Origin: Elusimicrobiota bacterium
GTDB taxonomy: Bacteria > Elusimicrobiota > Elusimicrobia > UBA1565 > UBA9628
NCBI GenBank assembly: GCA_027319565.1
Contig: DAHVNA010000019.1
Coordinates: 1 to 37,324, forward strand
Direction: 5' to 3'
DNA length: 37,324 nucleotides
Shown here piece after piece: positions 9,201-17,860 of the stretch. Both the position numbers and the translations under genes were made by a program. Below the pieces are notes generated by a model that had not been told where the DNA came from, did no database searches, and was given only the letters and a program-made list of their open reading frames with translations. Position 1 is the first letter of the stretch. Each line of letters starts with the position of its first letter.

Positions 9201-9327
9201 ATTGAATCTCAATGGGCGGGTTTTGTAATGGCGATTCAATTTTGAGCGACTCTTGGGCGGCAAAAGACTGCGCTGAAAGGAAAATTCCGGGCAAGACGCT
9301 TAGAAAGGCATATTGTTTTTTGAACAT
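6223..9327 (-). CDS. M1-family zinc aminopeptidase with ERAP1-like C domain, signal peptide and ~160-aa N-terminal extension
   Basis: QFEPADARR, GAMENWG, HEQEH-x18-E, YNKG; N-terminus MFKKQYAFLSVLPGIFLSAQSFAA. Confidence 0.92.
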   Translation of the reverse strand: MFKKQYAFLSVLPGIFLSAQSFAAQESLKIESPLQNPPIEIQSQDLSIWGQDQVLSDLPDQNLILRQDESELKRQMELGNPQESLENPEESRAAENPSLNRRRDGKVSQASLSSKIGAAVASLKEKASVLKNNLADFISSESSFRSLGKLFDHSTGARDFLGKNVQENSVFDGGHSRTIEEAYPGQLPTDILPQAYDLRLSVNPETQEFSGEATIQAVVKKETDQIILNAADMNISEVRLNDALIPQTQIHFDQEKQILTIDAGKKLPLGPISLDFRYSAKLNQNLRGLYLSQAKHDGKQENYAFSQFEPADARRMFPSWDEPFFKAKFKLTVTASKDLSIVSNMPDLSRSENGNSQTVSFAESPKMSTYLLALAVARLDSKSRMAGKTLVRVWARPEDMGQVDFALREAAENLLHLNEYYGVNYPLPKLDLVAVPDFDAGAMENWGSIFFRDAAIFTDQRSSLGVKKNVGITVDHEQEHLWFGDLVTMKWWDGLFLNEAFADFRSYKTMSERHPDWHIWENFLEQTRLALSVDSLRNTRPIFSPVSSPQQAQAMFDALTYNKGGAFLRMLENYLGDENFRKGLHNYLTKYQYQNTEKEDLWRELSQASGQDVAAIANDWIGIPGYPLLSISSLSLDNRTIRLSQRRFSAHGQAESGDSIWNIPVVLKYKDSSGVHSYRVNLKEKEMTVNLPSQGAVLWVYGNQDQTGFYRTALDSRLEGALENSIQDLTPIERSGFLNDLWAEAKAGDLPMSVFLDALEKMKLDDSGVVLRDVAGYLLTLNDFLADSQDRPLMQKWAQEILLPHWQKLGWGAPNDSEEIKSSRAAVLLALGQIAPTPELSAQIQERLNEYLKDPNALDPSLVSVVLDLGAQSGDEVRFEDYRQRMDAAKTPEERNNFQMAMTDFKQDALAQKLLQMSLTDEIRGQDSWKSVSGLLSNKDAQGTAWEFVKAHWADFLKKAGGLGALRIIGSLSNLWSRQWLDELRAFFAQPEHQLPGADKQTNQTLEAVEIGVHFKETQSQSLSAWLKSHVVDR

Positions 9328-9364
9328 AGCGCTTTATTTTACAAGGGATAGAGAGGTTTTGCCT

Positions 9365-9402
9365 GGGCCTAAAGGCCTAGAAGAGACTCGGCAAAAGTCC
9401 CA
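9365..9402. promoter_or_regulatory. bipartite motif upstream of the M1 peptidase (copy 1)
   Basis: GGGCCTAAAGGCCTAGAAG-agact-CGGCAAAAGTCCCA; near-identical to 17788-17825 and at the same distance from a TAAAAT box. Confidence 0.7.
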
Positions 9403-9411
9403 ATTAAGCGG

Positions 9412-10152
9412 CTATTCTTTTTCGGCTTTATTTCGTTTTAGGGGATGCGGACGGAATCTCTCGGAGAGAATCGGCCCCAGGGTTGAGACAACAGTGGTGG
9501 TAAAGATGCTGATTCCTCCGATAATCAAGGTCACCATAAACATTTTAGCCTTGGCGGTGACCGGATAAATATTTGAGCCCACGGTCGACAAAGTCGTGAT
9601 CGTAAAATAAATGGCGGTGTAGAGATCATGCACCCTGGGACTAAAACTATTTCCCAAGAGCAAGGTTCCAAGAACCCCATAAGCCAAAACCGCAATCAAG
9701 CCAAAGAGAGACATCAAATAAGAGCCAACAAGAGAGATTTTTTTAAAACGACTGTGCCAGATGATTAAAAGCGCCATGGACAACGCCGGAAAAAACATAG
9801 CGCTTAAGCCCTGATGGGTCACCCAATGAACCGAAAGCATCGCCAACAAGAGGAGAATTGAAAAAGCCCAGGCCGAGCGCAGTTTCCAAAACAATCCTAT
9901 TCCGGTAATCATCATCCCAATTCCTAAAAATGTCTGCATCCCGCCGCCGATGATTCCAATGGAAATATCGCGATTCACCTGGGAAACGGGAACCACATGG
10001 ATGAGGGCAAGATAAACATGGCTTGAATGGTTGAGATTTAAGCCCCAAATGGCATTGACATATCCTGTCAACAACAAGAGAAGGCCAATGGGAACCTGGG
10101 GCCAAAAAGGAGCGAGAAATCTCTCATCAAGCATTTTAATAATGCCGCGCAT
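9412..10152 (-). CDS. potassium-channel-like membrane protein with non-canonical filter
   Basis: Several TM helices followed by pore region AIYFTITTLSTVGSNIYPVT..AKMF; no RCK domain. Confidence 0.75.
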   Translation of the reverse strand: MRGIIKMLDERFLAPFWPQVPIGLLLLLTGYVNAIWGLNLNHSSHVYLALIHVVPVSQVNRDISIGIIGGGMQTFLGIGMMITGIGLFWKLRSAWAFSILLLLAMLSVHWVTHQGLSAMFFPALSMALLIIWHSRFKKISLVGSYLMSLFGLIAVLAYGVLGTLLLGNSFSPRVHDLYTAIYFTITTLSTVGSNIYPVTAKAKMFMVTLIIGGISIFTTTVVSTLGPILSERFRPHPLKRNKAEKE

Positions 10153-11436
10153 TTATCTTTCCCCCATAACTTCTTTAAGACAGAAATGAAGAGCCCAAGA
10201 CACGGCGCGCTTACGCACCGTTTCGCGCTCGCCCAATAAATGCAACCTGCGCGAAAAAGGTTTTTGAGTCAATCCCGCCAGACCCACATACACGAGTCCC
10301 ACGGGTTTTTTCGCGCTTCCCCCGCCAGGGCCGGCAATTCCAGTAATAGAGATTCCCACTGATGATTTCATCTTCTGCCGCACGCCTTCCGCCATTTCAA
10401 TGGCGCATTCGGGCGAAACCGCCCCGAAGCGGGATAAGGTCTTTGGCTCAACGCCCAGAAAATCTCTCTTAATATCGTTTGAGTAAGAAATAAGGCCGCC
10501 TTTAAAATAATCGGAACTGCCGGGAACGGATGTAATTCTGGCAGCAAGCCCGCCTGCGGTGCAAGATTCCGCGACCGCCAAGGTTTTTTTCGCTTTTAAA
10601 AGCGCGCGCCCCAAAGCGCTTTCAAGCGTTTCTTCTCCTTCCCCAAAAACAAAAGGGCCGACTTTTTTAAGAATCGCCGCTTTTAACTTCCGCATCTTTG
10701 TTTTGGCCTCTTGAGCCGTTTTCCCTTGAACCGAGGCATAAAACTCCACTTGGGCCGGGAGCCCCAAAATCGTAAAATGCGCCTTGCCCTTAAAGGCGTC
10801 AACGACCGAGGATAATTTTTCATCGGCCGCCGATTCGGAAATTCCGGACAAGTGCAAAAGCAGATGTTTAGAAAAAAGATTTTGGCCATAGAGAGAACGC
10901 AAGCGCGGCAAAATAGCGCCCTCAAACAAAGGAGACATCTCGGCAAAAGGACCCGGCAAAAGAAACAAGGATTGCGGAATATCGTTCTTGCGGGAAATTT
11001 CCAAGATCTGCCCCGGCGCCGATCCGCGGGGATTGTCTATGATTTGAGCTCCTTCAATTAAGTAAGCCTGTTTTTTATTTCCCGGAGGGATAGGGTGCCG
11101 ATAGCGAGAAAAACGCGCCTTAATTGTCTTAAAGATCTCCGGATGATAAATGAGCGGTCTTTTTAAAGCCTCGGAAGCGGCTTCCCGGCTTAAATCATCG
11201 AAGGTCGGGCCCAAGCCTCCACAAATAATCAATGCGTCAGAACGCAAAGACCACGCCTTGATTTCCAAAGCCAGCGCCGCCTGATCATCGGGAAGGGTTG
11301 TAGCCCGGACAACGGAGAAACCCGCATTTTTAAGTTTCAGGCACAAATAGTTTTGATGGGTATTGGGACGTCCCTCAAGAAGCTCGCTGCCGGTAAATAA
11401 AATCTCGATTCGAGGAGTTTGATTTTGAAAACCCAT
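10153..11436 (-). CDS. cinA: CinA-family protein (MocF-like domain + PncC NMN deamidase)
   Basis: GSELLEG, GGLGPTFDD, LPGP, AESCTAG, SITGIAGPGGG..KPVGLV; TGATG coupling to the upstream gene. Confidence 0.93.
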   Translation of the reverse strand: MGFQNQTPRIEILFTGSELLEGRPNTHQNYLCLKLKNAGFSVVRATTLPDDQAALALEIKAWSLRSDALIICGGLGPTFDDLSREAASEALKRPLIYHPEIFKTIKARFSRYRHPIPPGNKKQAYLIEGAQIIDNPRGSAPGQILEISRKNDIPQSLFLLPGPFAEMSPLFEGAILPRLRSLYGQNLFSKHLLLHLSGISESAADEKLSSVVDAFKGKAHFTILGLPAQVEFYASVQGKTAQEAKTKMRKLKAAILKKVGPFVFGEGEETLESALGRALLKAKKTLAVAESCTAGGLAARITSVPGSSDYFKGGLISYSNDIKRDFLGVEPKTLSRFGAVSPECAIEMAEGVRQKMKSSVGISITGIAGPGGGSAKKPVGLVYVGLAGLTQKPFSRRLHLLGERETVRKRAVSWALHFCLKEVMGER

Positions 11437-11744
11437 CACTGATAAAATTTGGAGGATTTAGCTGAAGCGGGATTTTCGCCCGCCTTGATCGGGCCAAAAC
11501 GCGCTTCATATTTTTCGATATTGTCTTTGAGCGCCCACAAAAATCTCTTGGCATGAACCGGAGAAGAAATAATTCTGGACAAGACCTTGGTCTTTGGAGA
11601 CTGGGGCTGCAAAAGCAAAAAATCAAAAAAGAATTCCGTTTCGCTGTGGGCGAGAAGCGCGAGATTGGCGTAACAGCCCTTGGCCGTCGCCTCGTCAATC
11701 TCGACCTGAATCTGCTGCGGCTGCGCCTTGTCTAGGTCTTCCAT
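11436..11744 (-). CDS. DUF3467-family protein
   Basis: G.YAN…HS.TEF..DF…SRII.SP.HAKR…L..NI.KYE..FG.I signature. Confidence 0.85.
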   Translation of the reverse strand: MEDLDKAQPQQIQVEIDEATAKGCYANLALLAHSETEFFFDFLLLQPQSPKTKVLSRIISSPVHAKRFLWALKDNIEKYEARFGPIKAGENPASAKSSKFYQ

Positions 11745-11752
11745 GAGCCTTT

Positions 11753-12457
11753 TTAAGTTCCAGATTCCCGCTCTTTGAGATAGCTGCGAATGGGAATTTG
11801 AGTGACCAGCTGGCGCAAATAGTAATTTAAAATATCCAAGGCCTGGGCCTGGCGCAATTGCTCGGCAAATTTAGCTCTGTCTTTCGCATAGTTTTTAAGC
11901 GACCCTTTATGCTCCCGCGCGTAAGCTTCGCGAACTTCTCCAGGGACCAGTTTAACGGACTGATAAATTATCTGCTTAAACAAGGAGGCAAGAATCTGTC
12001 TTCGGCGCATTTTTTCATAAGCCTTTGGCGTATCGTGATAGACGGACCTGACCGCATAAAAATAGAGCTCTTGATTAAAGACCCCGTCATGCTGGAAAGC
12101 GGGAGTGTTTTCGATATCTTGGGCCAGCTGTTCATTGGTTATGGAAATTCCCATTTTCTGGGCCTTGCGCGCTAAAAGATATTCGACGATCATATCGCGA
12201 AGCATCTCTTGCTTGATTTGCCCAAGCACCTGATCGGAAACGTCGGTTCCGCGATTTCGCAATGCATCGGCGTATTGATTGACCCGTGCGATAAAAATAG
12301 AATAAGGAATTTTAGACGAACCCACCTTAGCCACGGCGCCGGAACTATCGCTAGAGGTCAAAAGATATCCGCCAAGCCCCACGAAAGTCCCAATCAAAAA
12401 AATGGCGACGGTCCCGATAAACAACGGTTTTTGATAACGGCTAAACCAGGAAATCAT
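11753..12457 (-). CDS. SurA/PpiD N-terminal-domain membrane-anchored chaperone
   Basis: N-terminal TM, VAKVG..KI, A.KMGI.I, P.FQ.DG.FN..LY; no PPIase domain. Confidence 0.75.
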   Translation of the reverse strand: MISWFSRYQKPLFIGTVAIFLIGTFVGLGGYLLTSSDSSGAVAKVGSSKIPYSIFIARVNQYADALRNRGTDVSDQVLGQIKQEMLRDMIVEYLLARKAQKMGISITNEQLAQDIENTPAFQHDGVFNQELYFYAVRSVYHDTPKAYEKMRRRQILASLFKQIIYQSVKLVPGEVREAYAREHKGSLKNYAKDRAKFAEQLRQAQALDILNYYLRQLVTQIPIRSYLKERESGT

Positions 12458-12470
12458 TTTCCCCCTCCTT

Positions 12471-12884
12471 TCATTCTTTGCTGACCGTCATCGGAGGGAC
12501 CGGAGGCGCATTTTTATGGGCCTTTCTCTGATGTTCTTGTCCCATGACCACGCAGCCTTCCAGAACCGCGCCTTCTTCGACTTTTAATTTCTGAGTTCTG
12601 AGATTTCCAATCAAACGCGCCTGGGAAAAAAGTTCCACGGAATGGGTGGCGGAAACATCGCCTTCAATAGTTCCGGCTAAAACCAAACTCTCCGCGGCGA
12701 CATTGCCTTTAATGCGACCCTTAGGCCCCACTTCGACTCGAATCGCGTCGGTCACGTCTCCCTCGACTACCCCTTCAATCCGCAGAGAGCATTTGGCGGA
12801 TAAGACTCCGTGAAAATAAGCTTCTTCGCTAATTAAAGTCATCGCCCCCGAAGATGAATCCAAGCTAATCGTTTTACCGAACAT
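12471..12884 (-). CDS. bactofilin (polymer-forming cytoskeletal protein)
   Basis: Beta-helix repeats LRIEG.VEGDV, G.IKGNV, G.IEGDV, L.VEEGA.LEG. Confidence 0.9.
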   Translation of the reverse strand: MFGKTISLDSSSGAMTLISEEAYFHGVLSAKCSLRIEGVVEGDVTDAIRVEVGPKGRIKGNVAAESLVLAGTIEGDVSATHSVELFSQARLIGNLRTQKLKVEEGAVLEGCVVMGQEHQRKAHKNAPPVPPMTVSKE

Positions 12885-13863
12885 CGCTGTCGTCTCCCTG
12901 TTCTTCTTTTATGCCCGCGTGGATTTTAAGAAATCTCTGCGGATTCACCGGATGATCATGAATGCGGACTTCATAATGGAGGTGGGCACCAGTGGAGCGT
13001 CCGGTCGTTCCCATATACGCGATCAGTTGTCCGCGGCGCACATGTTGCCCCACCTTGACTAAAATTTTTGCGGTATGCCCGTAAACGGTGCTCACTCCGT
13101 ATCCATGATCGATGAGAATCATTTGTCCGTAGCCATGAAACCATCCCGCCGCGCGAACCGTGCCGTCGGCAGTCGCATAAATTAAGGTGTCTGGATGATT
13201 GGCGATATCGATGCCGGGATGGAACTCGGCTTGATCTTCTCCGTCATAACGCTGCATCGGATTAAACCGGTATCCGAAAAGAGAGGTAATCCGGCCTTCA
13301 GTCGGCCAAATATCGGGAGTCGCCCGGTAAAGGCTACGCTGATTACTCATATACCAACCGATTTCTTGAAAGCTGGCCAAGCGCTTATAAGATTCTTCTC
13401 TAATCTTCGATATCTTGTGCCGCCACTCAGGCAAATTAATCGCCTCGGGACCTTCCAACATGATTTGGCGCAAGCGCGCGCTGTCTTCGGCCGTCGGCCC
13501 GCCGACTCCGGAATAATCGTCATGGGATGCGCGCGGAGCCAAGTTAAGCAAGGTCCTCATTTCGTGATCGGTGGTCTCGGCCATGCTTAAAGCCGTTTCG
13601 GAACGATCCATCTCCCTTGAGATAACGGCCAATTTGGTCCGCAAAAGCTCGTTATCTCCCTTGGTAATCCAATAATCCACATGCCTGCCGACAATAAAGC
13701 AAGCCCATAGGGTAAAACCACCCCACAAAAAAACCGCAAACAAGAAAAAGGCCGTGGTACATTGCCAGCGAAAAGTGCGGTTGCCGCTGGAAGGAATAGC
13801 CAAAAAGGTAATCGGACGATTAAAGAATCGCCCCAATTTTTGCCGAATCGATAACATAAGCAT
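12874..13863 (-). CDS. M23 metallopeptidase (TM + coiled coil + LytM domain)
   Basis: HPGIDIA, YGH, GRSTGAHLHYEV; overlaps the bactofilin gene, a known conserved pairing. Confidence 0.92.
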   Translation of the reverse strand: MLMLSIRQKLGRFFNRPITFLAIPSSGNRTFRWQCTTAFFLFAVFLWGGFTLWACFIVGRHVDYWITKGDNELLRTKLAVISREMDRSETALSMAETTDHEMRTLLNLAPRASHDDYSGVGGPTAEDSARLRQIMLEGPEAINLPEWRHKISKIREESYKRLASFQEIGWYMSNQRSLYRATPDIWPTEGRITSLFGYRFNPMQRYDGEDQAEFHPGIDIANHPDTLIYATADGTVRAAGWFHGYGQMILIDHGYGVSTVYGHTAKILVKVGQHVRRGQLIAYMGTTGRSTGAHLHYEVRIHDHPVNPQRFLKIHAGIKEEQGDDSDVR

Positions 13864-13930
13864 CTATGTTATAACAGAACAAAGAAGCGCTGTCAATAAT
13901 CAGTTTTCTAATGCTATCATTATCGTTAGA

Positions 13931-15223
13931 ATGGCAAAAGCTAATCCCAAAGCCGATTTTTCTTCCTGCTCGACCTTGGATCAAGTTTTTAAGGCCGCCA
14001 TTAACGCTAAAAGCCAAGTTTCAGACCTCAATGCCCTCAGCACCCAGGTCGCGGAAGAAATTTTTCGCTCCGCGATTAATCAAAACGTCTCCGACATTCA
14101 TTTTGATCCGCACAAGCTCTCGATGCATTTGCGCTTTAGAATTGACGGACATCTCGTCGATCAAGCCAGTTATATCAAAGACGAGTTGCCGATTACCCCG
14201 TACATCCGAGTAATGGCCAATTTCCCGCCGACCGCCGCAAGCAGCTACACCGCCGAAGATGGAAGATTTGAGATCACAATTGATGGGAAATCAGTCCAGT
14301 GCCGCGCCTCGGCTTTTCCCACCATCCATGGAGACAAATTGGCCCTGCGGGTTTTAAACGTCGGGCAACAGGCGGAAAACATCGAAAACATCGGCATTTC
14401 GCCGGAAGTTCTCAAGGAGCTTTTGCGCATCATCAATTCCCCCAGCGGAATTTTCTTTGTCTCGGGTTTGACCGGCAGCGGGAAATCGACCACTCTCTAC
14501 AACATGCTTAAAATTCTCAGCCGCCCCGACATCCATGTCATGACGCTAGAAGATCCTGTCGAGTATGAGCTTCCGCGCGTCAACCACGCTCAAATTAACG
14601 CCAAAGCGGGTTTTACCTTCGCCGAGGGTTTGCGCTCAATTTTGCGTCAAGACCCCAATGTCGTGATGGTCGGAGAAGTCAGGGATTTTGAAACTGCGGA
14701 AATCGCCATGCGCGCGGCTTTGACTGGGCATCTCATCTTAACTACAATTCACGCGACCACCGCCTCTGGAGTGATTCATCGCCTCATCAACATGAAAATC
14801 GAGCCTTATGTCATCTCCGGAGCCTTCATCGGAGCTTTATCTCAAAGGCTAATCCGCCAAGTCTGTTCTCAATGCGCGCAACCAGTGGCGCTCAATCCGG
14901 CGTGGATACAGAGCTGGATAAAAACCTTAGACCCCGCGCAACAAGAATTTCTCCAAAAAGTGTTCAATAATCCTCAGAGTAAATTCGTCAAAGGGGCCGG
15001 TTGCCCGTCTTGCCGAATGACCGGATTTAAAGGCCGAATCGGAATTTTTGAACTCTTGGCGAGCACCGATGAAATTAGAAACCTTATCTTTAAGCAGGCA
15101 TCCTTAGCAGAAATTCGGCAATCTGCCCTCAAATCGGGAATGAAAACTCTACTCATGGACGCCGTTGAAAAAGCGGCCAAAGGCTTAACCTCGCTGGAAG
15201 AAGCGCTTCACGCGGTCGCGTAA
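13931..15223 (+). CDS. GspE/PilB-family secretion/pilus assembly ATPase
   Basis: SDIHF, RFRIDG, Walker A GLTGSGKST, EDPVEY, LRQDPNVVMVGEVRD, TGHL, CxxC…CxxC. Start moved to ATG 13931. Confidence 0.92.
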   Translation: MAKANPKADFSSCSTLDQVFKAAINAKSQVSDLNALSTQVAEEIFRSAINQNVSDIHFDPHKLSMHLRFRIDGHLVDQASYIKDELPITPYIRVMANFPPTAASSYTAEDGRFEITIDGKSVQCRASAFPTIHGDKLALRVLNVGQQAENIENIGISPEVLKELLRIINSPSGIFFVSGLTGSGKSTTLYNMLKILSRPDIHVMTLEDPVEYELPRVNHAQINAKAGFTFAEGLRSILRQDPNVVMVGEVRDFETAEIAMRAALTGHLILTTIHATTASGVIHRLINMKIEPYVISGAFIGALSQRLIRQVCSQCAQPVALNPAWIQSWIKTLDPAQQEFLQKVFNNPQSKFVKGAGCPSCRMTGFKGRIGIFELLASTDEIRNLIFKQASLAEIRQSALKSGMKTLLMDAVEKAAKGLTSLEEALHAVA

Positions 15224-15229
15224 AAAATC

Positions 15230-17752
15230 CTAGATCTTCGATTGATCCAAGATTATAGGCAGGGTCACAAAGGCATTGCCGCGGCGGACAATAAAGGTCG
15301 CGGGATCTCCGGCGCGAAGATGAACCAACGCTCTCTCTAGCGAAGGGAAATTTGGAGTATTAATCACTATCGGCAAGCCTCCAACGGGAATTAAAAGAAT
15401 TCGCGTAATCACGTCTCCGGGACGCAGTTTGGCCACGGACGCGGGAGAACCCGGGCGGACAGCCTCAACCGCCACTCCACGAGCCGAACGCAAAGAGACG
15501 ACGACTCCTAAATGGCCAAAATCGATATTGCCAACGGCCTGATATTCCGAAACCGCGTCTAAAATATCATCCGTGGCAATGGCAAAACCGATCCCGACGG
15601 ATCCTCCGGGATTGGACGGCGTATAGATCGCGACATCCATGCCGATGAGTTCTCCCTTGGAATTCAAAAGCGGCCCTCCGGAGTTTCCGGGATTAATCGA
15701 AGCGTCGGTCTGAATGTAGTCATACATAAACTCCGCGCCATGACCCAAGCGGCTGACAATGCCCCGGCTAGCGGTAAGCCCCACATCATAAGGGTATCCA
15801 AGAGCGACTACTTTTTCCCCCACGGCCGGAAATGTTCTTGAAATCGGGATGTAGGGATAATTTTGTCCGGCCGGCAAACTGGGAAGGCGCAAAATCGCGA
15901 TGTCTTTTTGATGGTTAATCGCCAAAACCTGGGCGACGCTGGGAATTCCGTTAATCAAAATTTTCAAAGTATCTCCAGGCGACACATTTCCCGCAACATG
16001 GGCATTGGTCAAGGCGATTCCGGAAGGCGCGATCAGATATCCAGTTCCCAAGCCTTCTCCATCGCCGGAGTAAACCTTAAGAACGGCGGGTTTGACTTTT
16101 TCGATGATTTGTTTTGGAGAAAGATCTGGCAAAGCGCTTGGCGTTTCGGGTAAAGAAAATTTTTGAATGGGAACGCTTAAAACCGCGTTCGGAACCGCTA
16201 AAGAAGCGTTCGGCATTTGAGCGGGAGAGTTGGCCTTGAGTCCGCTTCCGGAAATGCCAAGAAAAAAGGCCATTAAAAGCGCGGGCAAGAGTATTCTTAG
16301 GCCTTGGCGCGATTTTTCAAAATTCCACTTCTTATTTTTGAATCTCTGGTATAAACTTTTAAGCGCCACAAAGCCCAAGACCCCAAAAGATGCGGCTCCC
16401 AATATAGTCTCGTAATTTTTAAAGGCCGCGGGAGAAGCGCTGTGCGTGATAACAATCCAGGTTCCTAAAAGCCAGAGAAAATTATAAACATAATGAGCGA
16501 TCGTTGAAGAAACTAAAGAGCGGCTTCGGTAAATGACAAAAGATAACGCAGTTCCCATCGCTCCCAACTGAGCGAGAATCAGCGGATGAATTCCCCAGGC
16601 CGCGATATGCGCCTTGACAAATAGAATGGAGGAAAAAGCGGCCGCGATAAAAAAGGCATTTGAGGTTGTTTTTTGCCCCAGCCATTTCAAAGCGGCGGGC
16701 GCGCGATTCTTAAGCGAAGAAAAGAAATCCGGCAAGAAACTAAAACCTTTAGAGACAAAATTAAAAACGGGCCGAGCCAAGGCCGCCGCCAAAAAAATTC
16801 CGCCAAACAAAAACCCGCGATAATGGATTTCTTCCAAAGCGGCCTTTGAGAAAAGTCCCCAAGAGAGAAAAGACGAAGCATGAGTTGTCAGCGCTTGAAT
16901 AATTTGATTGGGCCCGTCATGAATCAAAAGTTCGGCCCGGCCTGATTTCGCGAGAGCTTCAGGGGAAAGGCCCAAAATCCAACGGGTTTGCATCCGAGAC
17001 AGCCATGCGGAATTAAGAATCGGGTTAATGGCATCAATCATCAGATGGGAAATCCCCTGCATGATAAGGCCCCACTTAAGTCCGTAAAGAATCTGTCCGC
17101 CAAGGCTCATTTTTTTATAGGACGGCCCGCCATAAGGGTCGGCATTTTGAATCTCGGGAACGGAATTTGAGGAGTGAATCGAACTTTGAGAAGAGTCTTT
17201 CTTGTCCAGAATATTTAGGCGCGCATTCAACGCGGATTCTGCCTTAATTTCGCCCAAGTCATCTAACTTTCCGGCGGCGGCTTTTTCTCCAAAAAAGCGA
17301 TCAAGAAAATTCTTGGAAGCCGAGAAATGGTTTCCGGCCAAAGCCTTTCTTGCGCCCTTTTGAATTTGTTCAAAACCTTTCTTGAATGAACGGAAGCTTT
17401 TTTCTTTTAAATCGAGCTTTCTCTGTTTTGTTTTTTCCAGGGACTTTGAAACATTCTGGACAGTCGTTGGTTTTTCCAACCTTTCTTCCGCTTTAAGCGA
17501 GGCAGGAAAACTCCCTAACCCCTCCGCTGTTTTGAGCTGATCCCCCTCTTCTATTAATGGAGTTGGCGATTCCAAAGAGGCTGAATCATTGGGGACTAAT
17601 CCTATCTCTGTTCCCTTAAAGTTTTCTCCGCCGCTATTGATTTCTACTGCGGCCCCCCAAGCCAAGGGAGAAAGGCTGCCCCAAACAAGACTTAAAGACA
17701 AAAAGACCGACAACAGGACGCGGAGATGAAAGCGAGTTTTTAAAGAGTTCAT
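15230..17752 (-). CDS. fusion of CPBP/Abi intramembrane metalloprotease and HtrA-like serine protease with PDZ
   Basis: EEIHYR, FVKAH, HYVYN (CPBP motifs); TNAHV, DIAIL, INPGNSGGPL (trypsin triad); C-terminal PDZ (PGSPA..A.LRPGDVI). Confidence 0.85.
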   Translation of the reverse strand: MNSLKTRFHLRVLLSVFLSLSLVWGSLSPLAWGAAVEINSGGENFKGTEIGLVPNDSASLESPTPLIEEGDQLKTAEGLGSFPASLKAEERLEKPTTVQNVSKSLEKTKQRKLDLKEKSFRSFKKGFEQIQKGARKALAGNHFSASKNFLDRFFGEKAAAGKLDDLGEIKAESALNARLNILDKKDSSQSSIHSSNSVPEIQNADPYGGPSYKKMSLGGQILYGLKWGLIMQGISHLMIDAINPILNSAWLSRMQTRWILGLSPEALAKSGRAELLIHDGPNQIIQALTTHASSFLSWGLFSKAALEEIHYRGFLFGGIFLAAALARPVFNFVSKGFSFLPDFFSSLKNRAPAALKWLGQKTTSNAFFIAAAFSSILFVKAHIAAWGIHPLILAQLGAMGTALSFVIYRSRSLVSSTIAHYVYNFLWLLGTWIVITHSASPAAFKNYETILGAASFGVLGFVALKSLYQRFKNKKWNFEKSRQGLRILLPALLMAFFLGISGSGLKANSPAQMPNASLAVPNAVLSVPIQKFSLPETPSALPDLSPKQIIEKVKPAVLKVYSGDGEGLGTGYLIAPSGIALTNAHVAGNVSPGDTLKILINGIPSVAQVLAINHQKDIAILRLPSLPAGQNYPYIPISRTFPAVGEKVVALGYPYDVGLTASRGIVSRLGHGAEFMYDYIQTDASINPGNSGGPLLNSKGELIGMDVAIYTPSNPGGSVGIGFAIATDDILDAVSEYQAVGNIDFGHLGVVVSLRSARGVAVEAVRPGSPASVAKLRPGDVITRILLIPVGGLPIVINTPNFPSLERALVHLRAGDPATFIVRRGNAFVTLPIILDQSKI

Positions 17753-17787
17753 ACCGCTATTTTAAATTCTTTTTTTCAGAAGAAAAT

Positions 17788-17825
17788 AGGTCCAAAGGCC
17801 TAGAAGCCTCCCGGCAAAAGGCCCA
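17788..17825. promoter_or_regulatory. bipartite motif in the divergent intergenic region (copy 2)
   Basis: AGGTCCAAAGGCCTAGAAG-cctcc-CGGCAAAAGGCCCA; matches 9365-9402. Confidence 0.7.
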
Positions 17826-17860
17826 TAAGATATTTTTCAGAATCGTGATACAATAGCTCT

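Noticed and set aside
13754..13930. Longer start for the GspE/PilB ATPase
   Set aside because: Would overlap the divergent M23 gene and the AT-rich promoter region.
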